A DNA stretch of 48,603 nt from Perkinsus olseni (lineage: Eukaryota), in assembly GCA_013115125.1 (NCBI GenBank), contig JABANN010000236.1, positions 1-48,603 of the forward strand. The letters run 5' to 3'. Positions within the stretch are counted from its first letter, which is position 1. Each line of letters begins with the position of its first letter. The notes under the pieces are model-generated. The model saw nothing but the letters and a program-made list of their open reading frames with translations. It had not been told where the DNA came from and did no database searches. The position numbers and the translations under genes are program-made. Shown piece by piece: positions 12,091-24,758 of the stretch.

Positions 12091-15000
12091 ATGCATTTGA
12101 AGAAGCTCACTATAAAAGGCTATAAGACCTATCGAGATCTCACCACAATAGTAGACCTTCACGCCGGGGTTAACGTATTCGTAGGACTCAATGGCAGCGG
12201 CAAGAGCAATATGTGAGGTCAGCTTCTGACTGAAACTTGTGCAGCTCGTAATTGAGTAGATACTCAGCTGTCCGCTTCGTCCTCGGGGGAGAAAGGATTG
12301 CCTCAGAGCAGCAAAGGAGATCCTTGCTTCATCAGAGTAACGCCGAACACCGGTTGGACGAGTGACTGGGCCCCTTAGTTTGACGAATGGTCGTACTGTA
12401 GGCCATGGGCGGCAAGCAAGCTCGGCTTATGTCGAGCTCACACTCAACAACGCTGACGGTCGAATACCCATCGATAAAGCAGAGGTTACCTTGAGGAGGA
12501 CAATCACCCTGAAAACAGATGTGTAGCTACAGTTGAACGTTAAAGTTCGAAGTATCCTGATGGCCAGGTATCACTGGGATGGCAAGCAGGCTACAAAGAG
12601 CGAAGTTAACAGCTGGCTGGAAGCTGCCGGCGTCAGCACTAAGAGCAGGACGTGAGATCACGCCATTCTGAAGCGTTCGATGCAGCTTTAGGGGGGAGAG
12701 CAGAGTCCACTTCAGATATTACGTGGTAGAGCAAGGCAAGGTCACATCGTTGGCCCTGATCTCCGATGCTAAGCGTCTTGATTTGCTGAAAGAAGTCTCG
12801 GGGACACGCGTCTACGACTTGAGGTCGGTGCTTCCTGCCACCCCGGTGATACGGTCGAGTGGCTGATGTGGTAGGCGGGAAGAATCTCTAGCGGTTATTG
12901 AGAAAACCAAAAAGAAACGAGAACAGACGTCGGAGATCATCGAGGAGATACGCGAGAAACTCGACCAGCTAGACAGAGATCGGACGGAACTTCGCGAGTG
13001 AGCACTAACGAGTCAGTATTTTCTAACTTTTTATTTGATAGATTCGAGCATACTGTTCGCGAGAAGACGGCTCTCGAAATCGTCATAGCTGATCGGGAGA
13101 GGAAACAATGCGGAGAGAGGATAAAAGAACTCGAGAACGAGGTTCGTCTGCCTCGTCGATCTCACCGATATGGTGTCGACGCGAGAATTGTTGTGAACAT
13201 CGACTCAGGTTGATATGGACTTAACGGCAGTGCGCCGAACCTTTCTGCCTCAGGCCAAGGAAGTACAGCGCGAGTTTGCAGAGGAAAGTGCGGTACTTGC
13301 TGACATGACCAGAGAGCTTGAGGAGGAGAAAGCTAAACTTGACACCGTCAACGAGGAGGTCAAAGGATACAGTTCTAGAGGTTCGATCATGAACCAGAGA
13401 TTCGCCTTGGTCGAGAAGCTCTCTCTAGTTTCGGTACTTAGCAAAGATCGTAACGGATTATCGATTGAGCATGCGGAGCTTTCAGCCGGCTACCAAATGC
13501 GTGAGGGAGGCGAAATAGCGAGTAGGTAGCTCATAATATGCTGTTCGTGTTATACTGTTAATGGAAAGGTTATGGTGAGGTCGACGGGCTCCGCAGTGAG
13601 CTGGAGACCACCAGACGGGAGGCCGAATGTTTGACGGAAGAGCTTGAACATGAGCGGGAAGCACTCGCCGTTAACGAAGGGAGGCTCCGGTGACTACAAC
13701 TCTCCTCGCTAAAGAACTCGAGGGCCTCTGGAGGCTACGCTCTGGCATTTGATCAAAACTGCTTGGAGTTCACTACTGAGTGAACAGTAGCGAACTTGCG
13801 GGGCAGTATACAATGACAGCTGTGGGGTTCGAACCCACGCCCTTTCGGAATGGCGCCTAAAGCCACCGCCTTAGACCACTCGGCCAAACTGTCTGTGCGT
13901 AAGTTGACATTAACTACGAGTATTGCCATCTGACATCGATGCAATGCTCTCCCTGACGTGTTCTCCCCTCAGCGAGCTCCATGCTGATGTTGATGAGCTC
14001 AACAGAAGCAGAGAGAAGTTCGTGATTAGAGACGGTCCCAAGTAGTCGGGAACTGGTCAAACATACGCTGGAATATCAAAGTCATCCGAGGTCCGCAACA
14101 TTCTCCCAACCGGAAGACACGTTAACACACAAACTGGAGGTCAGAGAGAGACGGTACGAGGAGGTTCGAGAGATTGCAAAACAGCAGAAGCACAACGTAG
14201 ACGCCCAAGAAAATGAATGTGAGCCGTGAACATTACCAACGTGCGACACAATTATCGATCGGCAATGACCATTCGAATTCATCTGCTATGGTGAGCTATT
14301 CCATTTGAAGGGCTCTCTGGGAAGCCTTGAAATTTGATCAAGTTAACTATCAACATAAGCCCGAGCTGGAGCATGCAAGAACTCTCCCTCTGCGCAGACT
14401 CCATCATTGTACGTAAGATAGAAGAAAAGGAGGCAGAAAGTGAGGTCGTTAACGAGAACAGTGCACGTTTGAAAAGGGAGGTCGAAGACGTGAGCGCTGA
14501 GATCCTAGGAGTGTCTGAACGATTGAGGCAAACCAACAGAGTAGGCGCGTAATGAACGTCTTCTGAGGGCTCTACAGCGAACATGGGCCATAGTCCACAG
14601 CCTTCAGGTCCTCTCTTCCGTCGGAAAGAACCTAACTGAGCTGCGAAAGGAGAAGCAAGATCTATTGGATACCTTTTGGCAAGCCAGTCCGCCCGGGACT
14701 CGGGAAGGGTAGTCGTGCACGATCTCCGGATACCCGAGCAGTCTTCCACTTGCGTTTGAGATACGCCGCCATCATGGAAGCGAACCTCCCGGGAGTCCAC
14801 GGCTTACTGCTCGAACATATAAGTGTACCTGAGGTAAGATCGCTGCTCGGCTACAAGCATTATCCCAGCGGCGCAGCCTCGGCGTTCAGGAGTATCGGCT
14901 GGCCGTCGAGGTGACGGCAGGGCCGCAGCTGTTCAATATACTAGTCGATGATGGGGAAGTGATGGGCCGATGCATGGACCTGCTGAAGAGAAAGCAAGCA

Positions 15001-18000
15001 GAGAGTGGCAAATCATTCAGAGCCACCTTCATGTCTCTAGAGGAGGTATTTATCCGCAATAAGACGCTTCCGGCCAACGTGAAGACTCACACCCTAGGCG
15101 AAGGAACGCGACTCGTCGCAAAATCCCCCAGGCAGCGTAGCCGACTCACTCCCCCTCGCCGATGTCATCGAAAGCCCGGACTGGGTCCGGTGCGTGGTCC
15201 AGAGGGTGTGGGAGAGGTATCCCGACAGCTGTAACGTGCTACTGTAATGAGGCTATCTCTGCATAGGTTCATTCTCGTCACGGGAGCAACTGAGGGTCCA
15301 GCTGGTCATGAGTTCAGCACAGTCACGCGTGAAGGGGATATCTTCAGCCGGAACGGTGAGCTCATGGCGATGAAGTCCGTACATAGCAGCGACTCATGAT
15401 AGCTCATCCATCAGGTCTACTCGAGGGAGGTTTTTTCGACTCTCGACGATGCACAAGACTGGAGGAGTGGTAATCCTACAGTCCATCCTCCCTCGGGATA
15501 TGCAGTCTGTATGTACATCTTTCATCGGCTTCAGGGAGCGTGTGTCAAGGGTTAAGCATGAAGTGAAGTTGCTCGAGGACAGACTGGAGAACGTCACTGC
15601 CAATTTGTTGACGGAGCGGTCTGCCGAGAAAAACCTCAAGCGAAGGCTCCTCAGCATTCGAGTTAACTTACAGCGGAACCTCCGAGTAGGAGCCTCTGAC
15701 GAGGCCTAGTTATCATCGAGCCTTGCTTCCCGATCAGGCGGAGGCCGTGAAAGGTCGACAACTTTCGGAACTCCGAGATGCAAGGCAGCGATCGAGCGAC
15801 AGCATCTACTTGGCGGCGCGGTAGCCTTCGTCTCATTTCCGATAAGCGAACAGCGAGCTCACAGCTCCTGGACCTAACGAACGCTTCATCGTCAAGTTTC
15901 AAGGTTGTCGAGAGAATACGATGCCGAACAGAAGTCACTGGAACTCGAAATCGCCGCGATAGAGGCTGAGCGCAGTGAGTTACCGACCAGTCGTAGCGTT
16001 GGAGCCGTGTATGCATAGAATCTCCAGTCACTGATACGGGAGAGCTCACGGAGGCGGACGGCGTACAGCTCGAGAATCTGGTAGAGGAGCTAGCGAAGAA
16101 GCGTCAAGAAGTGTCGGAGAACTCTCAGTGATATCGCACTGCTGCTTCCTCCTCCTAGCTGGACACCTCCTGATTTGGTTTCGCGTAGGAAAGTCGCGGA
16201 GCGCCGCGCTGCTATCGGCAAACTCCGGTCTCGACTGACTCTGTTGATCGACGGACGATTGTCCCCGCTCGAGGAGCAGTTGCGTGCTGCGATCTTGGCG
16301 ACTACGGAGGAGCAGCAAGATGACTTAGAGAAGGAGAGGTTGGCGTCACTTCGGGCGAACTGTCTCGTGGGAGCTTATCCTCAGGAGTATTCGATGGTTG
16401 GCTGGTGAGCTCACTGAGATCGAACAGGAACTCGCCCTCGCCAGCGAGAGGCTCTCGGAGTTACGCGAGCTTCAGTCATCCAAATGTAGGCTTCCTTAAT
16501 GGTACGTCATCATCCGGTGTTATTCAGCGTCGTGCGTGGAGGGCATGGAGGCCGAGGCTGCTGATCTCGAGGCGTCAGTTGCGAGTCTCAAGGGAGCTTA
16601 TGATGAGAAGACAAATGAAATAAAGGTGTAAGGACGAGTCGGGCTAGCAGCGAGCTCTCCTTGCACGGATTGCACCTCAGCTACGAGGAACGACGTGCCC
16701 TTGCTGACACTAAGTTGGACGACATCATCGCTCACCAACCCGACGTGGACAACCTTGACGATGTTATCAGGGAGATGACCGATGTAACTGTCACCATTCG
16801 GTTGGAATACTCCTTTCTGGTGGGTGTTTCAAAACTTCGGGTACGTCGGAGTGTTCGGACGTGGCATGTACACGTATCCGCTGCGAAGAACGATGTGAAC
16901 ATCGAACGGTATATGGTAAAGTTACCTACGTTTTACTATCTCAAGTAAGCTAGTTTGCACGGCAAGAAACACGATGGTGTTTTCTCACAACTTCTACTAT
17001 CGTTGGTAGCAGGCTGGGGCACTGGAAATACTTTTCCACTCCTGGATCGGGCTCCCAAAGTTGATTGGGATGGCGTCGCTGCTCAGGACACGCCGCAGCT
17101 GCGTAAGAGGCTCTTGAAGTGCGCCAAGGCTGTGTCAAGATTCGCCAGCGTGAATAACAAAGCCGCCGAACAGTGAGATGGTTGAGGCTTAACGCCTCTC
17201 TTGCTGACCACATTAATAGGTTTGGGGAGTTCAACGGCCAATATGAAGATCTCCTGCAGAAGCAACGGGAAATGGATGAGGGCCAGGTGAGTACGTGCCT
17301 TTAAGGCATCTTCCTGACCCATGCAGCGAAAACTGTGCTTGAGTTACGCCAATGATTATTATATAGTTGATGACTGCCAGGTTTGTAGGGGTCGGAACGC
17401 TTGTTGTGTCAGGCGGCTATAGATGACCTCATCAGGAGCCTCGACGCCGAGAAGAAAGATAATATTGTCAAGAGCTTCGCCCAGATCAACGAGAACTTCT
17501 CCGAAACATTCTCCGCACTTGTAGACCGCCCGTTACTCTGTTTGTGCTGCCAGTCGGTGGCTCAAGGTGCCCGACGGAAGCGCAAAAATGAAACTGCTTA
17601 GACGGGGTCACAGCGAGGAGGACGGCGAAGATAGTGACGACACGACCTCGTCAATGACAGACGAGGAGTGAGCTGACGACTACACACGATGGCTTCTCGA
17701 CTGTATCACAGGTACGTCGGTGTGGCGCTGGAGGTTACCTTCTCTCGCAGCCGGAGTCGAATGAAGAGAATGTATGAGCTCAGCGGAGGTCAGAAGACTG
17801 TGGTACGTGTCGGGGCGAGGAGCCTTCGCAACTTTATGCGAAAAGCACGAGGACATTCCGGACACAAGTTTCATCAGATTGCTGAGAACGACGTCCATCA
17901 TTCAGGTCGCAGTTGCACTCCTCTTCGCTATGCAGAAGACAGAGCAGCCGCCGTTCTATCTATTTGACGAGATTGATGCTGCTCTCGATCCCCAGTAAGA

Positions 18001-18286
18001 TTCCGAGACAGCATCTGGCACACGCGAAGGTGCATTGTCGTACCCAAGGTACCGTGAGGCTGTGGCGCGTCTCGTAGCATCTGTTGCCAACCCTGAGTCT
18101 GGCGCTCCAGCCCAGGTGACTAAGACGGTTGACGACTGCGAGAGGGAATCGGATCCTCCTCAGGTTATCTGCACAACGTTTCACTCTGAGCTGTGTCAAG
18201 TCGCTGACAGGCATTATCGAGTGTCTATCAATGACTGCAGTAGCAGCGTCGCCGTAATCAATGGCGGCTGTCAACATCTACTATGA
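12091..18286 (+). CDS. SMC3: Cohesin subunit SMC3 paralog 2 (canonical ATPase motifs), multi-exon
   Basis: Same N-terminal exon with [10 protein letters not shown]-loop YYVVEQGKV. Hinge [25 protein letters not shown] and [60 protein letters not shown] plus FYLFDEID is SMC3-type rather than SMC1-type. Confidence 0.9.
13814..13893 (-). tRNA. tRNA-Leu (UAG), antisense within an intron of SMC3 paralog 2
   Basis: Reverse complement GACAGTTTGGCCGAGTGGTCTAAGGCGGTGGCTTTAGGCGCCATTCCGAAAGGGCGTGGGTTCGAACCCCACAGCTGTCA: 80 nt with a long variable arm, anticodon loop TT-TAG-GC and GTTCGAAC T-loop. Confidence 0.95.
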
Positions 18287-18489
18287 TGAGCACTTTTATC
18301 ATGTCCTTCTACTTAGTTTTCTCTCCTCAAGCAAGTCCTTTTCCTGCGAGTCAGTGCATCTGGCTTTGCCGCTAACGTTCGTTTACTTCTACTGACCTGG
18401 TTGTGTTGTGGAGAGCGGATATGCGCCGACTTCCAGAAACGCTTCAATAGAATATCTTCCCCAACTCGTTTCCTTCATCAACTAAACGT

Positions 18490-20110
18490 TATGGGAGAGA
18501 CTGATACGTATGTGGAACTCGACTACAGATCTACCAAAACTAAGGAAGAACGAAAAGAGGGCACGACACGCAATAGGTAGGCACACTTTCAAGATTATGG
18601 AGTAAACGCTGTCGATAAACGTCCTCATTCACGCGTCGGAACGGCTCGCTGCGTGTGGGAGGCATCCAGCTCGCCAGCTGAGTTAAGCTGTGCCAGCTCA
18701 TCTTTGTCCATGGCGGCAGCCTCGGCCCGTGCTAGTGCCAGATCGCTCAGTATGCCTTCTGTGTCCCAGCTTTTCGATGCCTGACACAAGTCAAGGAGCG
18801 CAGAGGTCCGAGAGGAGATCATTCTACCCGGACCCAGTAGTCGAACACACACACGCTCTGGTCGAGTTTCTTCAAAAGCCAGAACTCGAATGGAGGGCAG
18901 GTTGTCGGCAAGTCTGCGGCGGAGAGCTCTCCCGCTGCACCTGACCAGTGCATGGTGGTATTTAGGACCAAGCGTGGCCGTCAGGAGAGCCTTGCGAAAC
19001 ACGGACGCTTACTCAGTATTTTTGCTCCCGCCGACGGCGTCAGCAGAACTGCCCGAGGAGTATGGGCATAGTAGCTTTCATATTCCGTGCAGAAACCTCG
19101 CTTGGTAGAGCCACCTCCGATGCGACCAGGCGAGTCGAAAGAGCAGTGCTAAGCATGAATACATGCAGCATGCTTCTTCTGGTTCGCCGTCGCCGAGCTC
19201 CGAAAATTCTTCCCGAGATTGAGCGGAGCCCGTAAGCCACGAACTGTGGGTAGAGCCCTTCCCCCACCTGCGGAACTCTCGTGCCGGGCATTTCCGGCAG
19301 TTGTGGAAAGAGCGAGACGAAGTCGGGTATGGGTCCGATGACGGTCGCAGGAGCGGATGTGGGTTCATGAGCAGGGTACATAATCAGCTGTGCCGTGAGG
19401 GGACGATGAGAAAATCATTCCTGTGCTGTTGACAATCATAATCATTCAAGCTTGTCATCATCTAAGGGAGGTAGCACCTATGTTATCGTGGTCGTAATGA
19501 TACTCGACGTAGACAAATAACTTTCCTCCGCACGCTCCTCTAGACAATTGACGCTTTCGCAAACAGAGCCCCTGCACACATCGTCGAACCAGACGGCTAG
19601 CATCCGGTGAGAGGAAGGCCAAGGTGATCGGACATGAGCATCGCTGAGCGAGAATTTGGTGAACAGCAATACAGTGTCAGAGAATAGAATATAATAACAT
19701 CGCCAAAAGGGAGAGTGCATCCCAGGCATGTCGGTTTGAACTCATCAGTCATCCTGGGCTAGTCTGCAGAGCTCGAGCCTGGCTCTTGGAGGGGCAGCTC
19801 TCTTCCGATCAGCTTGGGAATCACGCATAACAAACCAGAGGGAGCCTCGGGGCACATCCCTTTGGGAGGGGAGACCCCAGTCGGCGAACAAGATGCCGCA
19901 GACCCTGCAGTGCGGGGTACCACGATGCCCACGCTGCTCAGTATCCCCAAAGTCAGGCGTTGTGCGGACGCGTGTACAAACGCTGTAGTAGCCGAAAATT
20001 TTGACCCAAAAGTGAGAAGGAATATCGAATGAGGAATGACGGCCTGGCAACGAAAGGCAGGTCTCAGGAGCACACCCTAAGTCCGCCGCCGTGAACATTG
20101 ACAAGTCAAC
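18490..20110. other. Possible multi-exon hypothetical gene, strand and structure unresolved
   Basis: Coding-like composition with 100-125 aa ORFs (e.g. 18625-19002, 19040-19381, 19759-20073 on -) and shorter ORFs on +. No recognisable domain. Confidence 0.25.
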
Positions 20111-20280
20111 CCTCCAGCGGTAGGAAACACGTATTAATCACTGGATATGAAATCCATAGTAGCTAACATGATAAATAAGTAGGGCCTCGAAGGCCGAGGA
20201 GGCGATGCCCCTAGACTAGACAACGCTCTGGAAGACACCGGGGCCGGCAAAAGCAGCTGAAGCGTTGGCATCCGAGACGC

Positions 20281-23200
20281 TCACACAGCCGAGCGCAGCG
20301 TCGTGAAGTCGAAGCTGCCAGCTGGCCCCGGTCGGGCGCCCAGCTCAGAACTTCTAATCTCGAAAAGACTGCAATCACCATCGAAGAGGAATTGCAGTGG
20401 TAGACCAGCCTTCATGAGGGTTACACCTCGGAGTTGCATACCACTGAACTTAGACACCGGTACAGGATTACACACAACTTGTAAAGTCTGCGGGTTACGT
20501 ACGTATCTGCACGACAACTCACACAACATATACACGGGGTGGGGCGTACGAGCTCGGGGCTAGGTCGATGATGTCGTACAGAGTGTCTTCTGATAGGCCC
20601 TTCAGCTGAAGCCTCGGAATGATCTTACCAACCTGATCACAGTGAGGACAGGATGCCCATCATCACGATGCTGCAATGGCCAGCATCGCCGACCTCCTTC
20701 AAGTGTAACATGCAGACCATAACAATGGCCCTAGACCTGTCACATGCTACCAGCATCCACGCAGTCGCTTCGGCGCCGAACACCTACAGTAGACAAGCTC
20801 GACTTTTCCCAATCCCAACTTGCCTGATACGAACGTGCCGAGCCTTTATCCAGTTAACCCACCTGTGTCGAGTGTATGTCGAAAGGGTCCCAGAGCCTGT
20901 AGAAGTTGCCCTTGAGGAGGTTTGCATCGATACACGACTTGTAGACGTGCAGCAGGGCCTTTATCTCCTCAAGAAGCTCGACGTCCGCCTTCATGAGGTT
21001 CAACTCCACACCCATTGCCCCAAGCATGGACATGCCTCCTCGAACGTTACCCGGTAATATTCGTCCGGTCTGAGAAACTCATACTGAATCGAACTGAGTG
21101 GGAGGCACGGGGAGGAGGGGGTAAGTGGAGACGCTCTCGCCAATTGCTATAACGCGTGCCAGCGAGAGTGGTACTTGGTGGTTGGGTGTAGCTGTAATAT
21201 GACTGCCCATGGTGATCATAGGATACCCCACAGAGAGGCCCGCCTGTATACGTGCTCTACAGCAGGCGTCGGTGTTGTCCGATGCCCAGATTTGGGGACC
21301 AAAATACAACATGCCGGCATCGAACCTGCCACCTCCTCCAGCGCATGTCTCGAAGCGTACCAGAGGGAATTCACAAGTGATAGAGTCCAGAACCTGACGA
21401 TGGTTGACCCCTGCTGGGAGATGCTTCCCTTCGTCCCCCCCCCCACCTGATACACTCCGAGCATGTGTCTGTGCATGGTCTCCCCCTGCGGCCTGTCATC
21501 CGATAATAAAGCACTCTGAGCCTCCGTTAGATGACGATTCATATCCCACTTCACATACGCTATATTGCAGCTCGACAGGATGGACCTCAACAGGGGAAGT
21601 CTACCCACACCCCCGGCACTTGTCGATGTACCTCAGTTTTTTGAGGACGTATCGTCTGACCCTCTCCTGACTGAAGTCTAGAAGGAACTGATGTCTTCTC
21701 ATAGTCATCGGCCTATTCTTAGCATGTAGGGTACAGTCTTTGTACTTCTGTAGGAGATGACATCCTGGAGACGCCATCTCGGGTTCTATCCAAATACCGA
21801 AACCCAATCCCAACTGATTGATGGCATTGCCTGCACAATGCATGATTATAACAGATCCATGAGAGCTCGCTGCACGTACATAGGTGCGGTATGCCGAACG
21901 GTAGTTTCTCCTTGTCGACCTCCCAGTCCCCCAACCCGCCGGTATCATCATTCCTGTTGGTAAACCATCCATCGTCTATGACCACCATCTCCGCTCCAAC
22001 AGCAGCAGCATGACGGGCCAGCTGCATGACCTGAGCCACAGAGGAGTCGCCATTTACTCCAGCCATCCCGCCAATCCTCACCCTATCATGAGTAACGTCG
22101 AAGTACATCGACTCCCAGGTGTTGCAAACCACCGGTGGCCTTGTGTAACGCCATCTGACCGTACCAACATCCCCGTACATCGCCATCATTATGAGCTTTA
22201 CCGCGACGGAATGAGCCTGTCTTGCAGGATCTTGTGGAACTTATGCGTGAGGCTGGTGGCGCCAGAGCTGCTGAATATCGTTATGGTCTCAGGGGTGGTG
22301 ATGGACTCGCCGGGGTACAGCTTCCACTTGAACGTCAATGAGTTGAAACTGACCAAAGAGCGCCCGCCGAACTGGGCGCAGATTAAATGGTATGTTGATG
22401 CTCATCAGCCCTTGTTGCACCCGGGCAGAATCTACTCGACGACGTCGGAACATTAAAGGTAGGAAAGACACGAGGGCAAGGGGTCATCATGCCTTACCCG
22501 ACATTGACTCTGAGACGGTTCGTCTCGTTTGTGTCACACTCGATAAGGAAGCTTCCACTGTACCTAACACGAGCAGCTTGTCCCTCTTATGACAGCACGA
22601 AGCAGGGGACTCGAGCATAGCGTAGACGACTTGCCCCAAGCGTACACGAACATGAATCCCCAATGGTAGCCAGCATCCTCATTAAACGGTCCCTTGCTGA
22701 TAACACACATAGGGTTGTGCATATGACTGCTCACACCACGAGTAGACTCGATACGGGTGGCCCCTTGTTGCAGCTGAAAGCTTATCTTCTGGGCCTCCCT
22801 GCCCCAGGAACCTGACGGGGTCGATCCCAGGACTCCCAGGTGCGCCTCGATGACACCGCATCACCTCCGAAGTGTGTAACATGATGGTTGCCAGACTCGA
22901 AGTTGGAAGTGGTGCTCATGAAGTGGTCCACGCCGACAGGAAGGCCAGAGGATGCCGGGTTTATCATTCTAGTCTTCCGGACTATAACGTCCCATTGAGG
23001 ATAGACAGAATAGAAGAGCGTCACAGTCAGGCCCGACACGCTGTCTTGCAAGTCGACCTCGAGAGTGATGCACTCGTCGTCTGACTCACACCGAACCTGC
23101 GCCGCACAACCTCGAGGCAGCGAAGACCATTCCAATAACCCACTTGAGGTAGGGAAGAATGGGGCCTCTCGGAAATGCGCCCTTTTCCTCGAGTTATTCT

Positions 23201-24552
23201 ATGATCTACGTACTCTAGAGGGGAGATATCGCTGTGGCCCAGCTCCGACTTGGCGTTGTACCGCACCTAGCGGAGAGGCCAACAGTCAGGATTATCGATC
23301 GATGAGCAGCGGAACCTTACCTTGAAGCTAGGCAGTCTGTAGTCGCCTGTACCATGGTCACTATACTCCAGCATAAGAGAGTTCTTACCCATAATCTGCT
23401 GGTAGACGTGCGTCGGTCCAGCCTGAGTAACAATAACATATCTCACAGATGGCCGGCCGAGAGTACCTCATCCTCAGATCTTGTAGGACTCGGTGGTCTC
23501 CCAACGAAGGCCGAAGCCCTTCGACCGCCGATGCCCATAGTCATGGCACGGCCGTAGGCAGGTGACCCCATCGAGGACCCTCGTCTGGGTTTCACATGCT
23601 GCTGGCTCCCTGCAAGGGACAGGAAAAACTCAACCTCTCCACATCCCTGCGATCTCCGACTCACAACTTGACATCCGCGTTGATGGCAGCCCGAGGGCCT
23701 CGCCGTCGACACCCGTGGGCTCGGCTAAATAAAAGGGCCTCGAGCACAACCCGGCACGGGTGCGTTACCTCGCTTATCAGCTTCTGCTCGCTCCAACTGC
23801 GACATCCTCCATCGTCTCCAGAATGCGTTCTCCCGGCGGAGGTCCTCACCTGTCGATTCGGCAGTGAATCGACGAGGCGTTGGGGGAGCGAGCTACACAC
23901 CTATGCCGCTTTTCGCCTCTCTACTGTAAGTTTTCCATCTATCACTCAGATCCTCTACTTCAAAATGCTTCCCGTAGGCAGATGTTAGCTCCTATCAGTA
24001 CGGAAGGATGCTCAGGTACGCAACAACCATTCGAGCCGCCTTACTCGGATACCGGTTGGCTCGGCCTGCCCAGTGGGATCGAACGGACTCGCCATAGTGA
24101 GGGAGTTGAGTGACATAAAAGTGAGGTCATCTTCCGGGGGTATCTTCGGACCCCAATAGAGATGCTCCAGCTGGCCCGTAGTTGTTATACGGAAGGCGTA
24201 CCTGGCAGCACAGCATGACATCGTCCAGGTAACAAGATAAGGAAGCTACAGAGTCCCTGCGGTGTACAGGCGGAAGATTCTCTGGTAGCGATCATAGACA
24301 ATACCGCTGGTGGGGTCACCCAGAGAGGTCTTCCAATGATGTCCCTCCAATGATGAGGTACTCGTCCTGAACTAAGGTGTCTCGGAGGATACAGGATGAC
24401 GACTGAGGCGGTCGTAGAGACCATCTCACCCTTCTGATTTCTCAGATATGCTTTCCATAGGGGAAGCAGGTCCAGGCGAATGGGAAAGGTCTGCAAGCAA
24501 CCTTCAAAGCCCAACTGCCAATGGGAACGAGATCATCGTCCGGCAGACTCAT
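20281..24552 (-). CDS. Alpha-galactosidase, glycoside hydrolase family 36, copy A (multi-exon; start approximate)
   Basis: LEHLYWG, GDYRLPS, NTWESMYF, VVIDDGWF..GLGDW, FGIWIEPEM, YVKWDMNR (nucleophile), FETCAGGGGRFDAGMLY, QIWASDNTD (acid/base), LKGLSEDTLY, GVTLMKAGL; stop at 20281. Confidence 0.9.
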
Positions 24553-24758
24553 GGGAGGATCGCCGAGAGAAGCAGTCCTCCGTTATTGTTATAATTATTA
24601 ACAGCACTAACACTACAGCGAAGGAGTAGAGTAACATACCGTCAGTGGATTCACCCACAAAAAACTGTAATAATCATGATAACTATGAGCTCCTCTCGCT
24701 TTCAGAAATTCGATAGTGATACAACACAGTGAGGAGGGGCGACGAGAACTGAAACAAT

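Noticed and set aside
12091-18286. One SMC gene being SMC1 (an SMC1/SMC3 pair)
   Set aside because: Both have SMC3-type signatures (LSGxQK, YLxDEIDxALD, VNNKA, T/S-T-F-R/H-x-E) rather than SMC1-type LSGGEK and FFVLDEVD.
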